Source: Takakia lepidozioides | Lineage: Eukaryota > Plantae > Bryophyta | DNA: 64,000 bases | Assembly (NCBI GenBank): GCA_030704615.1 | Contig: CM060733.1 | Span: forward strand, 27,404,001-27,468,000 | Direction of reading: 5' to 3' | Shown here: one piece after another, positions 47,501-61,680 of the stretch | How the letters are laid out: every line of letters starts with the position of its first letter | How positions within the stretch are numbered: the first letter of the stretch is position 1 | The notes under the pieces: model-generated | Told to the model about the DNA's origin: nothing | The model's database searches: none | The model's input: only the letters and a program-made list of their open reading frames with translations | Position numbers and translations under genes: made by a program

Positions 47501-50500
47501 ACCTAGATATTTTATATTATAATGCTTACACATGATTTACTCAGTGAAGCCTTTTGGAGCCCTTCTCTCTTTGTGATAAGATTTTTGTGATGAGGTCTGT
47601 AGTCTAATGTGGCACCCTTATTTCAAATCCTCGTGTAATTTTGATTGATTGATTCTTTCTTCTTGATTGCACCATTGCAAGACCATCTCTAATCCTCATT
47701 TTGATCAAATCTCTTTGATTAGTAGGACTACAAATTTATATTCTTTCTTTCAATGTTGAGGGACATCATCGGTAATATAAAGTCAAACCATCTGCCTTTG
47801 GAAGAACTTCATGCATGGTTTCTTGGTTTTTGCTGCAAACATCCCAAATAGTCTTAATTATGTGAGTCGCAAAAATTAGATAAAAATGAACATAGTCGAT
47901 TGTCATATTTGGTAAGACCTACAACTTCATTCAAATTACCTCCTAAAACACTTGTAAGCTCCGTCCTAAGTGTAGGGCATAGAGAGTAGAAAGAAATATC
48001 ACAACTTCTTTTTCCATCCCATAAGTTCCATTGCCAAGTAGATTATTTGCTAAGAAAGTTGCAACTCTAACATGAAAAACTAGCTGTAATACCAAACATG
48101 TCAAGTGTAATTTCAAATTTCAAATTAATCGATAATTAATAATTTGAAACCATCCGATAAATTGAGACATATTGGTGTAATTAATTGAAGCTCGTAGTGA
48201 ATACAAAAGAAAACACCATTTTGGGGAGAGAACTCAAGCATTAGGAATGGTAGAAAATTCGCTACCCAGAACATATACTGAGAAGTAAACTAACGACCTC
48301 ATTAAGCTCTATTCTTACCAGAGGTCTTCTTTCAAAAGCTGGGCGCCACCAAGTTGGGATTGGCATAATTAAGACACCCTAGCATAATGCAAAATTATAA
48401 TTCATGTAAGGAGCTGGGAATAAAAGTATTTGTTACTTCTGTAAGAATCACTTTGATCAATGATGTATCTTCCACAACTCTATGGAGCTTAAAAATGCTC
48501 AGAATTGCTTTAGAACTCTCTCACTGTGTACATTCGAAAAGCTAGTATTACAACACGTATAGAGCTGGACGCTATGGAACATATCGTAGAAGATTCGGAT
48601 TCCAAAGCTAAAGAGAAACAATAATCTGAAGCCTTCAGATGAAGGGTTTGTAAAGAGCTTAAAAATTGAGATAATATATATACATATTTCTCTCTCACAC
48701 ACAAGAGGCGAGCGTCACACTGGTCTAGGCACACTCCAGAAGGCAAACCACAGTGATTACTCTGGAAAGATTTCAATGCAAGCGTCACTAAGGAGCTTAG
48801 AGATTCTCTGTTTTGTTGTGGAAGTCTCTTTTGGTTTCGTGTCGAGGCATGGAGGGGCTACCCACTACAGAGGAAAGAACCGTAGGGAGAATGCAAGAGG
48901 TTTGAGCGGAAGACAAAGGGTGCTTTGAAGCGTCCACATCTCTTCATATTCAAAACCTCGTATGCATCTGTTCTACCTCATCTAGGAAACGTTCTAATAC
49001 ATTAGGTTGCCGAATTGAAGATCCTAAACCACAACATATTTTCGATACCGAAATCGTAAGCAGAGAAGAAAAATAAATATAATTATCCAACATTTAGCCC
49101 GATGATAAAGGCATAAGCTATTTCACTAGTAGTTGTGGGTTCAAACCACATGTTGGATGTCTTTCCCACCATAAGGCTATAGCCCTTCAAGGTCAAGTAA
49201 CACCATATTTTACGCTTGCTTAGGCAACGTATTTTTTTTAGGTTATATATTTAAGATTTATTTTTAATTTAGTTGCTCCAAACATTCTTAGAGCTAATAC
49301 AATAATATTTTATGCCTATAAATGTATAATTTATTAATTTAGTTGCTCTAATCAAAGAATGTATAAAGTCAATATAAACTAGATTTCATACATGAAATTA
49401 TATATCTAATTTTTATTGGCACTACCTTCCTAAGGCAGGACTACGCAAATGGTTCAGCTGCTTAGCACCGATACTTTCGATTACACTTCCAATTCGATCG
49501 AGACAGTTGCCACCAGAATATCTTGTCCATATTTCTAATGAATGACATCCCCTGGATGAATGGTTTCATGGCCTTTAGGTCTGGGGTTCAACTTCTTGTG
49601 CATGCCCTAAATGAAGATATTCCCTTGCGTGCCACCCGGATAATTCAGGTCTCAAATCCTGTTACCACGATATTTATTAATAAACACTGTGTGATCTTTC
49701 GGATTTTTACTATTTATTCACAATTACAAGAGGGCAGGGCTTGCATGAATTCCATGCATTTGTTTTTTATTCAATTGCTCCAATAATTGCTTAGAAGCAA
49801 TGTTTAAAGCTAGAGAGAGATGACTCCGGCTAAAGCCGGCGTAACTAAGAGCCACTTCACCTTGCGGCTACTGCCTCCTTTCGGGGGTGGGCACTATAAA
49901 GCCATATTTATATTTATAAATAAGTAATTTTCTTTAAAAAAAAATCATGCGCTCCAAAGAAGTGATTGTCACATTCCAACAATAAGAGAAAAGTGATACT
50001 GTCACAACGATTCAAACCACTTTAGATTCTAAACCTCATATGCAGCTGTTCAACTATCACATCTACAAAACATTATGATACGTATGATATACAAGCGCAC
50101 GCGCGCACAAACAAATACCAGCCCTTGCTTTGGAAATAAAGATAGTCAGAGAAAATAAATATGATTGTATCTCTAGAATTTTCAGAGTTTTTTTTTTACA
50201 TGTATTCATAATTTATATATAATAATAGAATAAAATTAAATATAAAATTATAGTTTGATGTTTATGATAATTAATGATATATATGAGATAAAGTTTGATA
50301 ATTTTATTAAATTGATTTGACATTCAAGTGGACAACAAAATGTAATAAATTTTGAGAAATTTCCAATGATTCAAAATAATATGGCAATTTTTATTTTCAG
50401 TTTTTCTCTTTAGAATATTAGTTATGAAATATCTTACTTGAAAAGTTCTGATGCAATATCTAACACAGTCGAAAATAAAATTAAATAAAAACATATCCGC

Positions 50501-50701
50501 ACTGCTCTTAGTAAGTGTTCTAAAGACAAGCGTTCGCAATTTCATTGCCTTGTGGGAATGGCGTGGGATCGTCCCTCCAGCATCTCAATAAAGGTACTAT
50601 CTGGCCCCGTTCGCGGCGGTTGGAGGCTCCCCTATCCCATGGTCTCATTGTGTCTTGATGAGGATTTCATGCACTGCATGTTTTTCCATCCTAGTCCAAA
50701 C

Positions 50702-51067
50702 CAGTGGTGGGCGGTTATTGGATTTTTTTCATAACCGGCAGATCTGGTTGCTTCAAATCTTAGGAAACTATTAACCTGCAGTTGCGGTTATTGAATTTTG
50801 TATGGCTAGACGTAACCTTAGGTTACAGTTACTTGCAAAAACCTCAAATAACATGAGGTTTTCAATAAATAACTGCGGGTATGGGGTGGTTTTTTAAAAC
50901 GTTATTTGCTCGGTCATTTGAATATGTGACCTCCGCCGGTTTCTAACTGGACCGGTTACTTCATTTTTTGACCTCCATCGGATATATAAAATAAATATAA
51001 ATAAATATATAACCGGATAGATAACCGCCGGGGATTAGAGAGAAATTTAAGTAAACGCCCAACACTG
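50702..51067. mobile_element. hAT-like MITE (~365 bp)
   Basis: Imperfect TIRs CAGTGGTGGGCGGTTA / TAAACGCCCAACACTG and many internal AACCG/CGGTT motifs; no matching 8-bp TSD. Confidence 0.6.
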
Positions 51068-52036
51068 GTACCTGGAGGTGGGGCACCTTGCAGCTCCGAC
51101 TAAAAGATTTTTTAGGTTTTATGACCACCATGACAGTTTGACATAATCATTTCTTTGGTTTAAACCTCATATTTCCGTTCTCTCCCACGGAACTCCCCTG
51201 TTGCACATAGCTATTTGGGGCTCAGGCCTGAGCTTCATCCGACATGGCCATTGGCTTCCCAGGTGTTAGATCCACATGCTCATATCTGGATCTGGAAATC
51301 ACTCTCTGTTATGAACTATCTTCACAGAAGTTACACTTCAGAACTTTTAAACCCGGGTGTAGCATCACATATGTGATGAACCACATTCCACCTTCCCTCT
51401 TTACCCCTTGACGGATGTATTATGGTGCCGTCGGATGTAACGTAGAGAGCTATTGAAGCTACTTTGACATTCTACTATACATTGCATTACATATACATTG
51501 CAATCCTTAGTACCGTTGATCTTAGCAAAGCCCTAGATGTGCTAGCCTAGCTTTGGGCCAGTGACGCCCCCAATGTGGTGATGACTCAAATAAGATATGA
51601 CAGTTGAATAAAAGGAAATTGGGGAGGTATTTTTGGTGTTCAAATTCCTGGTGTACTGGTGAGTCTGCCATGGCCCTTATGTGTCGGGAGAGATGATGTG
51701 TGATGGATAAAGAATTTTTGTGCGAGCACCGTGCAGACTCCTCGTCGATTGATCCCCTCCTATCGCATTGCCTGCTATACTGTGTTGCATCCTTGTTTCA
51801 CGTGGTTGCAGGAAGAGGAAAGAGAATCCTAACCCTAAGCATGTTTTGAGCATCACAGAATGTTACATGTGTTGAAATGTTTACTCAAAATAATACAGTA
51901 CAAAAAAGAATGCACAAAGCATATAAATATCCTAGAGGAGACGCATAACTAATAAATGCAGAGTAGGTGTTCAATGTATCACATATAGATGACACCATAA
52001 TCTACGCTTAGTTTCAAGTAATTAGCTGACATTAGA

Positions 52037-52935
52037 CACTAGAAGGAAAACGCGGAATAACCACTGCCCCCTTAACCACTCTTGTCTTTTACCACTCTAT
52101 AAATCACTCCAAGTAATGGTAACCACTGGCCAGTGGTTAATTCCGATGAAATGCCACGGTGGCATCATATGGAGTGGTTGGAAGTGGTTTCAACCACTAA
52201 GTAATCCACGTGTAATATTTAATTTTATATTTATTATTCGACATTTGATCAAATATTTATATTAATAATGATAATGTCCGACATGGACGGGTACAGTGAT
52301 AAATTATGAGTGGTTAAAGACACCTCAGTGATGGGAAATGGTTGAAACCACTTTCTACTCCACGTGTAATAATAATTTTTTTTTAAAAGATTTTTATCAT
52401 TTCAAAGTATATTATTCCACGTGGACGAGGATAATATACGTAGATCTGGAGTGGTGAAAGACCCCCTAGTGATTGGTACCACTTGCACAATGGTGGAATG
52501 TGAGTGGTTAAGACCCTTTTGCAACTGGAACCACTCTTCAAGTGGGCATTTGTGAGTGGTTACATACATGTGAGTGATTGGTACCCACTTCTGTGGTGGG
52601 TTGTGAGTGGTTGAAGACACCTGAGTGATGGGAGGTGATTGAAACCACTTGCTACTCCACGTGTAATAATTCAATTTTTATTTAAGATTTATCATTTCGA
52701 AATATATTTTAATTATGAACTATATTATTCCACGTAGACGGGGACAGTATACGTAGATCTGGAGTGGTTAAAGACCCCCATTGATTGGTACCACTTTGAG
52801 AGTGATGTAGAGTGAGTGGTTACGGACCATTTAGTAACTGGAACCACTCGGCCAGTGGTTACGCATGAGTGATTACGAACACACCAGTGATTGGTATTAC
52901 TTCTGTGGTGATACATGAAAAACTTTAGTGGTTTG
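52037..52935 (+). mobile_element. CACTA (En/Spm)-type terminus with AACCACT/AGTGGTT subterminal repeats
   Basis: Starts CACTAGAAGGAAAACGCGGAATAACCACT; dense ACCACT motifs in both orientations; internal duplication ~52310-52530 / ~52605-52830. Confidence 0.7.
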
Positions 52936-53138
52936 TGTGTTGATGGAAAACCCAAAATCCATCCATCTATCGCTACTTTCATCCATCCAGTCATGAGTAG
53001 AGGGGAGTTAGCATTTTTTTTGTCTTCCCTGCCACTGTGGCATCTGTTTGTTTTTTTTGTGTCGAGTTTGATCGTGAGAGACAAACATGACAGAGCTATG
53101 TTTGTTTTCTTATAGTGTCGAGTCTGATCATGAGAGAC

Positions 53139-53510
53139 GACGAGCGGAGCTGGTGGGATAGGGGCAGACATGGACTCAAGACCTAGAATCGGGGCATGAA
53201 GGTGTGCATGATGGTGGGACAACTGCGATCGCAAGGTGTGGCTTTTTCTCAATGTACAATGACGAGCGGAGCTGGTGGGATAGGGGGCAGACAGGGACTC
53301 AAGCCCTAGAATCGGGGCATGAAGGCGTGCACGATGGTGGAACAACCGCGATCGCAAGGTGTGGCTTTTTCTAAATGTACGATGACGAGTGGAGCTGGTG
53401 GGATAGGGGGCAGACAGGGACTCAAGCCCTAGAATCGGGGCATGAAGGCATGCACGATGGTGGGACAATCGCGATAGCAAGGTGTGGTTTTTTCTCAATG
53501 TACGATGTGA
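53139..53510 (+). repeat. Three tandem 122-123 bp repeats carrying an OSB-like WWDNR exon end
   Basis: Units start at 53139, 53261 and 53384; each contains CGATGGTGGGACAACCGCGATCGCAAG|GTGTGG or a close variant. Confidence 0.85.
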
Positions 53511-54050
53511 AGAAGTTTGTCCATCCTACAAATGCGGGCTCTTGGCTCCTGTTAGACGTACCATGATTTCGTATTCTTCCTGATGTTTACAAGGTTTTTG
53601 GGAGAGTCAGGTTGGTCTTAGCAGGTCGTGTTTCAAGGTCGTGTTTCAATCTCTGCTCGCTCAGCTGCACCGTGGTGGTTCTCATGGACCAATCCACCAT
53701 TACCAGACTACAGACACAAGCAGCACATATAAGAGGTCCGTTTGGGTTCATGGGGAGTCAAATCCTCCATGGGTCATGACACAAGGTCGAGGACAATGTG
53801 GTGAGGGCACCTTCTTCTTCGACCTATTTCAGAGCTTGCATGAGTTTTTTACCGATCCTTGCCGATGGTGGGACAATCGCAATAAGGTATGGCTTTTCCT
53901 TAATGTAGGATGTGAAGAAGTTTGTCCATCCTGCAAATGTGGGCTTTTGGCTTCTGTTAGTATGGTATTCTTCCTGATGTTTACAAGGTTCTTGGGAGAA
54001 TCAGCTTGGTCTTAGCAGCCCGCTGATTCATTTCCTGATTCAATTCCTGA

Positions 54051-54575
54051 TTCAACCTATTTCAGCCTGTTTTGCCCTCTTATCATACTCGGGCCTGATA
54101 TGCATATTGAATTCTGTAAGTTAGCTCATTGGTGCAAGAGAGAGGGTTAGCTTGGTCTTAGCAGGCCGTGAGGGCACCTTCTTCTTCAACCTATTTTAGC
54201 TTGTTTTGCCCTCTTATCAGACTCAGGCCTGATATGCATATTGAATTCTATTAAGTTAGCTCGTCGGTGCAAGAGAGAGAGTCAGGTTGGTCTTAGCAGG
54301 CCGTGAGGGCACCTTCTTCTTCAACCTATTTTAGCCTGTTTTGCCCTCTTATCAGACTCGGGCCTGATATGCATATTGAATTCGGTAAGTTAGCTCGTTG
54401 GTGCTAGAGAGAGAGTCAACTTGGTCTTAGCAGACCGTGAGGGCACCTTCTTCTTCAATCTATTTCAGCCTGTTTTGCCCTCTTATCAGACTCGGGCCTG
54501 ATATGTATATTGAAATCTGTAAGATAGCTCGTTGGTGCAAGAGAGAGAGTCAACTTGGTCTTAGCAGGCCGTGCC
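54051..54575 (+). repeat. Four tandem ~134-bp repeats
   Basis: TTCAACCTATTT.AGCCTGTTTTGCCCTCTTATCAGACTC... starts at 54051, 54185, 54320 and 54454. Confidence 0.9.
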
Positions 54576-54719
54576 TTGTTCAAAGCTGGAATTGTACCTA
54601 ATGTCATTCTGAACACTGCCTGGCAGCTCTGGAAAAAGGGAAAGAGGTCGACATGTTTGCAAAATGAAGGCCTTGCTTGGTGCCTGTAGAATCCATGGCA
54701 ATGTGAAGATGGCTGCACG

Positions 54720-57700
54720 TGCGGCATGAAGGTACCTTCTTCAATAACGAGATTAACAAACTTGATGGGGCCAATAACTATACTATGTGGAAATTCAAGA
54801 TTCAAACGATCTTGGAAAGGGATGAGATATGGGACCTCGTTGAGTCTTCTGAGAAGGGAAAGCATAAAGTCGACGTTGTAGGTGTTACAGATCCCAACGA
54901 GTGTTGGGAGCTTTTGAATAGACTTTATGGCACAAAGAACAATGCTAAGAGGTTGTACGTCAGGAACAAGTTCTCACAGTTAAAAATGGAAGAAGGAACC
55001 CCTGTGGAAAAGTTTTGCAGGAAGTCAATATACTTCTAAATGAGATGGCAGAGTACAACGATGTTCCAGAGAAAAGCATGATCATGGAGCAGATCATCAA
55101 TGCTCTTCCTGAGAGCTATGAGACTTTTATCAAAGTCATATCCAATGAGACAACTAGCCTTCCATCATTCGAAGAACTTACCGGGCGTTTGCAACTAGAA
55201 GAAACACGATTCCTGAACCAACCCAAAGTACGGCGTGAAGAAAAAGCTTTGGTTGTCAAATTCAGGAACCTCATGAATCGACGAGCAAATGTTCAGGCCA
55301 GCAACTTTGGGAGATAAACATGTCATAAGTGTGTCAAGGTGGGTCACTATTGGTGTCAATGTCCGGGCAGAGCAACAATCCCTGGACGTGAAAGTTTCGC
55401 ACAAGCACATGCAGCTGAAGTCAAGATTCCCAATAGTGTAGTTGAGCTGTTTGATGAAGCAGTGTCTACACTTGCTACTGAGATCAAAGAGGAGCCGTGG
55501 TTTCTCGACACCGGGACTATCAAACATGTCACCGGCAACCCTGATCTCTTAGAACAGATCAAACCTTCGGAAGAATCTCTGAGTGTTAAAGCTGCTGGGG
55601 GTGAGACCCACACAATGGAAGGCAAAAGCAATATATCTTTTCGTTTTCCCAATGGTGAAATAAAGAAGCTCAACAATGTTGATCTCTATGTCCTTGGACT
55701 TAGAAAGATTTCGATTTCAGTAGGTTCTTTGACTAATGAAGGATTCATAGCGATCTTTGATAGATCGAGATGCTTGCTTCTAGATAGTCAAAGAAAGCGC
55801 ATGTGGTTCCAAACAATCAACTTTATTCTGAATCTAAATCACAATATTCATTCTCTGAAGCACTTTCCTCAACTCGAACAATGTTTGGGGGGTCATAGAA
55901 CTAGATATCCAAGTAACGGCTTATATCGATTAAAGTAATTAACAATTCCGCAAGTCAACTCATCCTCTTCACTAAAACACACGATGCACTACTCATGGAG
56001 GTACGGAATTGGCTAGTCTCCAACACAAGAGACTAGGTCATCTTAACTATTGCAGTCTCTATCACATGTATACGTGCACAAGTTGGCCTCAGGGATCCCT
56101 TATCTTCCTTTCATTGAGAAGGATTTGTGGAGCTTGCCAACTAGGCAAACAATGCAAAGAAATAGCACCAAAATCATCAAGCTTCAGAGCCACAAAAATC
56201 TTACAGCTCATCCACTCTGATTTGTGCGGACCATTTCAAGTATGGTCGCATGGAGGAAAGCGATATTCCATGACGCTAATAGATGATTACAGCAGATTCA
56301 CATGGCTCTAGGTGAAGCCTTTGCATGTTTCAAAAAATTCAAAGCTATGGCTGAACAGGTCTTTCAGGGACAGACTATCAATGTCTTCAGTAGCGATAGG
56401 GGTGGTGAATTTCTTGCAAGAGAATTTCAAGAACACATGGAGACAAATGGAATCCAAGGTCAACTTACTCAAGCCTACACACCTCACTCAAATGGTGTTG
56501 CAGAGCGAAAAAAAATCGTACTCTATTAGAAAGAGCTTGCAGTATGGCGCGAGAAAGTGGAGCGCCACCTTTTTTGTGGGCTGAAATAATCAATACTGTG
56601 AATTATTTGGTCAACCGATTGCCAACAATTGCGTCACTCCCTACCAGAAATTCATAGATAAAATACCCAATCTGACCCATCTAAGGGCATTTGAAAGTCT
56701 CATATTTGTGCATGTCAATGATGCAAATGCTCAACGGTGTGCTTTATTGGGATACGATTCTGAAACTAAAAGCTATTGATGTTACTGTCCATCAAATAAG
56801 ATAGTACTGGTGTCTCGGGATGTGGTAGTTGATGAGACTAAATTTGGTTGCTCTGCCCATCATACCTCACCAGAGACGTTCCCTGCACCTGTGCAAATTA
56901 TGGTGCCTTATAATAAAAATTCATCATCATCTACCCTCGGAGTCAGACACGGATTCTCAGGATCAACTTCCTAACCCAGTTGATAGCTTGGTTTCCTCTT
57001 CTACCACCACCAACTCAACATCTACAAGCGGAGGACTTATCTAATCACTCAACTGCATAAGGTATTCAAGCAGAACCTATGCTTCAAAGATCTCCTCCAT
57101 CACATGAAGAAAGGTACCAGGAAGTTGTAAGGAAGCATTCGACCAAATAAATGAGAATTCCTCGATGATTGGAAGACTACGTTGTTGTAGCTACAGCCGG
57201 TGATGAAGAACCCAAAACCTATGAGGAAGCTGCAAACGACTCCAGGTGGATAGGTGTTATGAACGATGCAGTTGACCGATCAAAGAAAATGGGACCTGAC
57301 AGCTTGTCGACTTACCCCTGGTAAAACTCCTATAACCTCCAAATGGGTATTTAAGAACAAAAAAGTTGCTGATGGTACTCATCTAAAACATAAAGGACGA
57401 TTGGTAGCCCATGGCTTTGAGCAACGGGAGGGGATAGATTATGATGACACATTTGCACCTGTCGTCAATTGGAATACACTTCATGCATTGGTTGCTCTCG
57501 CCGCAAAACATAATTGGAAACTTGCTCATCTTGATGTGAAAATTGCGCTCCTCAACGTAACCCTAAAAGAAAATATCTACATGCTACAACCACAAGGGTT
57601 TACTGTTCCTAGGCAGGAAAAGAAGGTGTGCAAGCTAATCAAAGCACTCTATGGGCTTAAACAAACATCGAGGGCTTGGTATCATGAGAATTTAGATAAT

Positions 57701-58600
57701 TATCTTAAACAACAAGGACTGAAAAGAAGTAGTGCAGATTACCGTTTATATTATCTACAGGAAGGAGGAAAGACTTTGATTTTGATTATTTATGTTGATG
57801 ATCTTCTAGTCACTGGGACCCATCACCAGAAAATTGGATGGTTGACTCAACAACTCATCAAACACTTTAAGATGTCACAGTTGGGTGACATGAAGTTGTA
57901 TCTGGGAATTGAGTTCTTTTACTTTCTCACGGGGATTTTCATGACTCAGACGGGGTTCATCCGAGAAATGTTGAAAGAATTTGGACACAATGAGTGCAAC
58001 ACCAGTCCTACACCTATGGCAAAGAAACGAATTTTCGGATACCTACAAGGCACAGATTGACTTTGGACTCATGTTCTATGCAGAGGGGGATACAACTCTT
58101 GATGGATGCGTTGACGTAGATTGGGCAGGTAATCAAGGCACGAAAAGGTCCACTGTAGGGTACATTTTCCGAGTGGGATCTGTAAGCTAGTCTAGCAAGA
58201 GGCAACCAACCGTTGCTCTATCATCAACTGAAGCAAAGTATAAAAGTGATTACTGACGGTACGAAAGAATCCATATGGTTGCACACACTCACTGAAGAAC
58301 TTGGTTTTCTTATCGGCCAAGCAACACACATTTGGTGAGATAATTCCAGTAGCATTAAGATAGCAAAAATATCATGTTTTTCATGCACGCATAAAACATA
58401 TTGAAGTGCATTATCACTTCATTCGAGAGAAGATACTAAGTGGAGAGGTGCAATTAGATTAAATTTGCACGAGGGATCAACGTACAAACATTTTTATTTA
58501 TAAACCTCTTGGGAAACAAAAAATTGTACATTTTAGAGAAATGCTTGGACACATCAGCCTACAACGAATCGTTTCTAAACATAAAGAAGTAACCACTTGC
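54720..58600 (+). mobile_element. Degenerate Ty1/copia retrotransposon internal region (gag-PR-INT-RT-RH)
   Basis: KLDGANNYTMWK; WFLDTG..KHVTG; HKRLGH..CGAC..HSDLCGP..DDYSRFTW..SDRGGEF..NGVAERK; KALYGLKQ..YVDDLL; DVDWAG..RST. Many frameshifts and stops; no LTR pair recognised. Confidence 0.92.
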
Positions 58601-58948
58601 TAAGTTCATAGTACCTTCTTTCTTCTAATCTAAGGAGCTGAGAAAGAATCAAGATCTAAGATCTGTCATATTTTCCCCAGCCACCTGTGCATAGAGGTAG
58701 AGGTCGCCTCTAGGAAAAATCAGCAGCTCAAATAGGTTCAAGAATATCATGCTGAACAGGAGCAGCGTATTGATGGCGCCTTGGGGAACGAGAAGGGAGC
58801 ACGTGATGAAATCTATAGGCCCATGGTTCAGAGGAGTTGAGTGTGAGAGGGGGGTGTTGAAGACACACTCAACGTCTATCAATGAGTCCCATTACTCTCA
58901 GCTTTGGTCCCACAATTCTTTTGACAGGAGAAGACTCTAGAACTCTCT

Positions 58949-59850
58949 CACTAGAAGAAAAACGTGGAATAACCACTCTGTTAACCACTCATTTTGAGTG
59001 GTAAAAGACACTAAACCACTCTGGCCCCAGAGTGATGAAGAACCAGTGGATTAGGGCAAGTGAGTGGTAAAAGACATTACGTGGCATCAGTGGTTAAGGA
59101 CAGTGGTTTGAACCACTCACGTCCGGGTCCACCTGTTCGCTGACATGTCACAGTGGAAAATTAACCACTGTGACGTGTAAACTCACCAATGTGACGTGTC
59201 ACTGAGATAAACAAACCACTTCTGATGTGTCACAGTGGTAAACTGACGTGTCATAGTGGTAAAGTAACCACTTCCGTTTTCCAGTGGACACATGGAAGTC
59301 AGTGGTCCGTGGATGATATTGGAGATTGTGTTGACACGTGGCGACACTCTCAGCATGAACACGTGTCATGTGTCAGTGCTACGAAATGGATGGAGTGAAA
59401 AATTCAATGACTGCCAAAACCACTTGTTGAGTGATCGCAAAATGACTCACAGAGTCATTCTATGAAAACTGAGAATATACAATATCACTCAAACCGTGGT
59501 TATGTGAGTGGATGACGTCTCTCAGCGGGTCATTGGAATGATTACCCACATAGTGGTATGTAAGCTATTTTGAATCATCCATGGTGTCTCTCTGAGTGGA
59601 ACTATAGTTTGGAATGATTACTAACAGAGTGGTGTGTAAGTGATTAGGAATACCACTAGAGGAATTCATACCACTAATACAGTAATATATAGGTGATTAC
59701 TTATACCACTACAGGAGTGGTAATGGAGGCAATTGTGTGTATTTGGCTACTCCTACTTTTAAATTATACCACTATTACAGTGGCGTGCAAGTGATTAGGA
59801 ACATGACTAGAGGAACACATACCACTATTATAGTGAAAGAAGTACCATTG
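58949..59850 (+). mobile_element. Second CACTA-type terminus with subterminal ACCACT repeats
   Basis: CACTAGAAGAAAAACGTGGAATAACCACT matches the start at 52037; ACCACT/AGTGGT motifs follow. Confidence 0.7.
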
Positions 59851-60089
59851 GGGATTCAAGCTCCACAAAATAAAATAAAATCCCAGAGAGTAAGTGCTGG
59901 AACACTGTCAACAAAATCCAGCCATGATAAAAGTGTGAGCCTAACTTCTACACGGCGTCTCCGCATGCATGCGAGGAACACTGAACTGCTTTCCTGCATT
60001 CTTCTCATTGCCAGCAATGTCTACGCCCGGACGAACGAAATTATAAGCCCTCTTGATGTTCTTCTCTAGCCAGGGCTACCAGGCTCGAT

Positions 60090-61680
60090 GTAGATGTACA
60101 CCAGGGGAATAATCAGAATGACATCTGGTACAATTCCAGCTTTGATAATGTCACCATGAAGCTCTTTGCCCCTTCCCAGGGCTGCTAGGCTCCCATATGC
60201 ATATTACAAACATAAATGAACATGACCTGGTCTTGCTTCATCCCATCCCACATCATTTGCTCCAAAGCCCTAATCCCATACCCATGCTGCACATACCTTG
60301 CAATCATGGCACTCCAAAACACCACATCTCGTTCAACCACCTCTCTTGATCCTCTTTCAGAAGTTGTGGTCATGGTTGAGGTGCCTGATTTTATCAACTG
60401 TGCCGCTGCAGCTGCTACCTTTAGTTGACCATCTACCCATGCAACAGGTTTCTTGTAGCTATTGATCCACATGGAATCATAGATAATCTGGAGCTTGAAG
60501 TCCGGCCCTCTTGGATGAATCTGGACCCAGACTCTAGCCCTGCTTCTTCAGCTATCCATGCTGCTAGCACCTGACAATGACAGCCTAGATTTGTTCTAGG
60601 AAACACCCAACTCAACTTATGCATCTGCTACTCTCTGTAATCCAACAGGCATTCACCTTTTTGCCTCGATTGTCCCACCATTGACTAGGGTCAGAAAAGT
60701 ACTCATTCCACAGCTTCTCCTCGTCTCAGCTGTTACTTCTTTCTTGATACTTCCCTGTTGTCACATTGGCAGTACCATGTCAAAGTCACTACAAACTATC
60801 AAAGGTTCACTCAACCAGCTAACTTGCAGAATTCAACATGAAAATTTAGGGCCAATTCTGATAAGAGGGAAAAACAGGGTGAAAATGTGTTGAAGAAGGT
60901 GCATTCATTAGCAGTGCCTAATTTTATCAATTGTGTCGCTACTGCTGCGGCTTCCAGTTGACCATCTACCCATGCAGGTTTCTTGCATCTATTGATCCAC
61001 AGGGAATTATAGGTAATCGTGAGTTTGAAGTCCCGCCCTCTTGGATCAATCTGGACCGGCCAGACTCTACCCCTGCTCCCTCAGCTATCCAAGCTTTGCA
61101 CAAATCATGCATACATCCTTCATTTGCTACTAGCGGCTGACAATGACAGCCTACAATTGTTCCAGCAAACACCTAACCCTACTTATCACCCATGCAGAAT
61201 TCAACATGCATCTCAGGGCCAAGTCTGATGAGAGGGCAAAACAGGCTGAAACATGCCCTCACCACATTGTCCTTCACCCATGGAGGATTTGACCGACCAT
61301 CAACCCAAAAGGACCTCTTGTGTGTGTTGTTTGTCTGTAGTCAAATAATGTCGGATTGGTCTGTGAGAACCACCACGGTGCAGCTGAGCAGGCAGAGATT
61401 GAAACACGGCCTGCTAAGACCTGCAATCTGACTCTCCCAAGAACCTTGTAAACATTAGAAAGAATACCAAATCATGGTACTCACAGGAGTCAAAGAGCCC
61501 ACCTTTGCACGATGGATGAACTTCTTCACATCGTACATTAAGAAAAGCCACACCTGGTGATTGCGGTTGTCCCACCATAGTGAAGGATCGGTATAAAACT
61601 CATGCAACCTCACATGATGAACGAGCTAACTTGCAGAATTCTACATGAAAATTTAGGGACTACTCTGATAAGGACAAATC
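60090..61680 (-). pseudogene. Minus-strand mosaic of OSB-type and PPR fragments, an inverted paralog of 39900-41090 and 53480-54130
   Basis: WINSYKKPVAWVDGQL...ERDVVFWSAMIARYVQHG; 60650-60900 is the reverse complement of ~39920-40160; 61370-61600 is the reverse complement of ~53460-53680. Confidence 0.75.

Noticed and set aside
49090-49160. tRNA gene (GGTTCAAACC B-box-like)
   Set aside because: No convincing cloverleaf or acceptor stem; at most a decayed tRNA-derived SINE.
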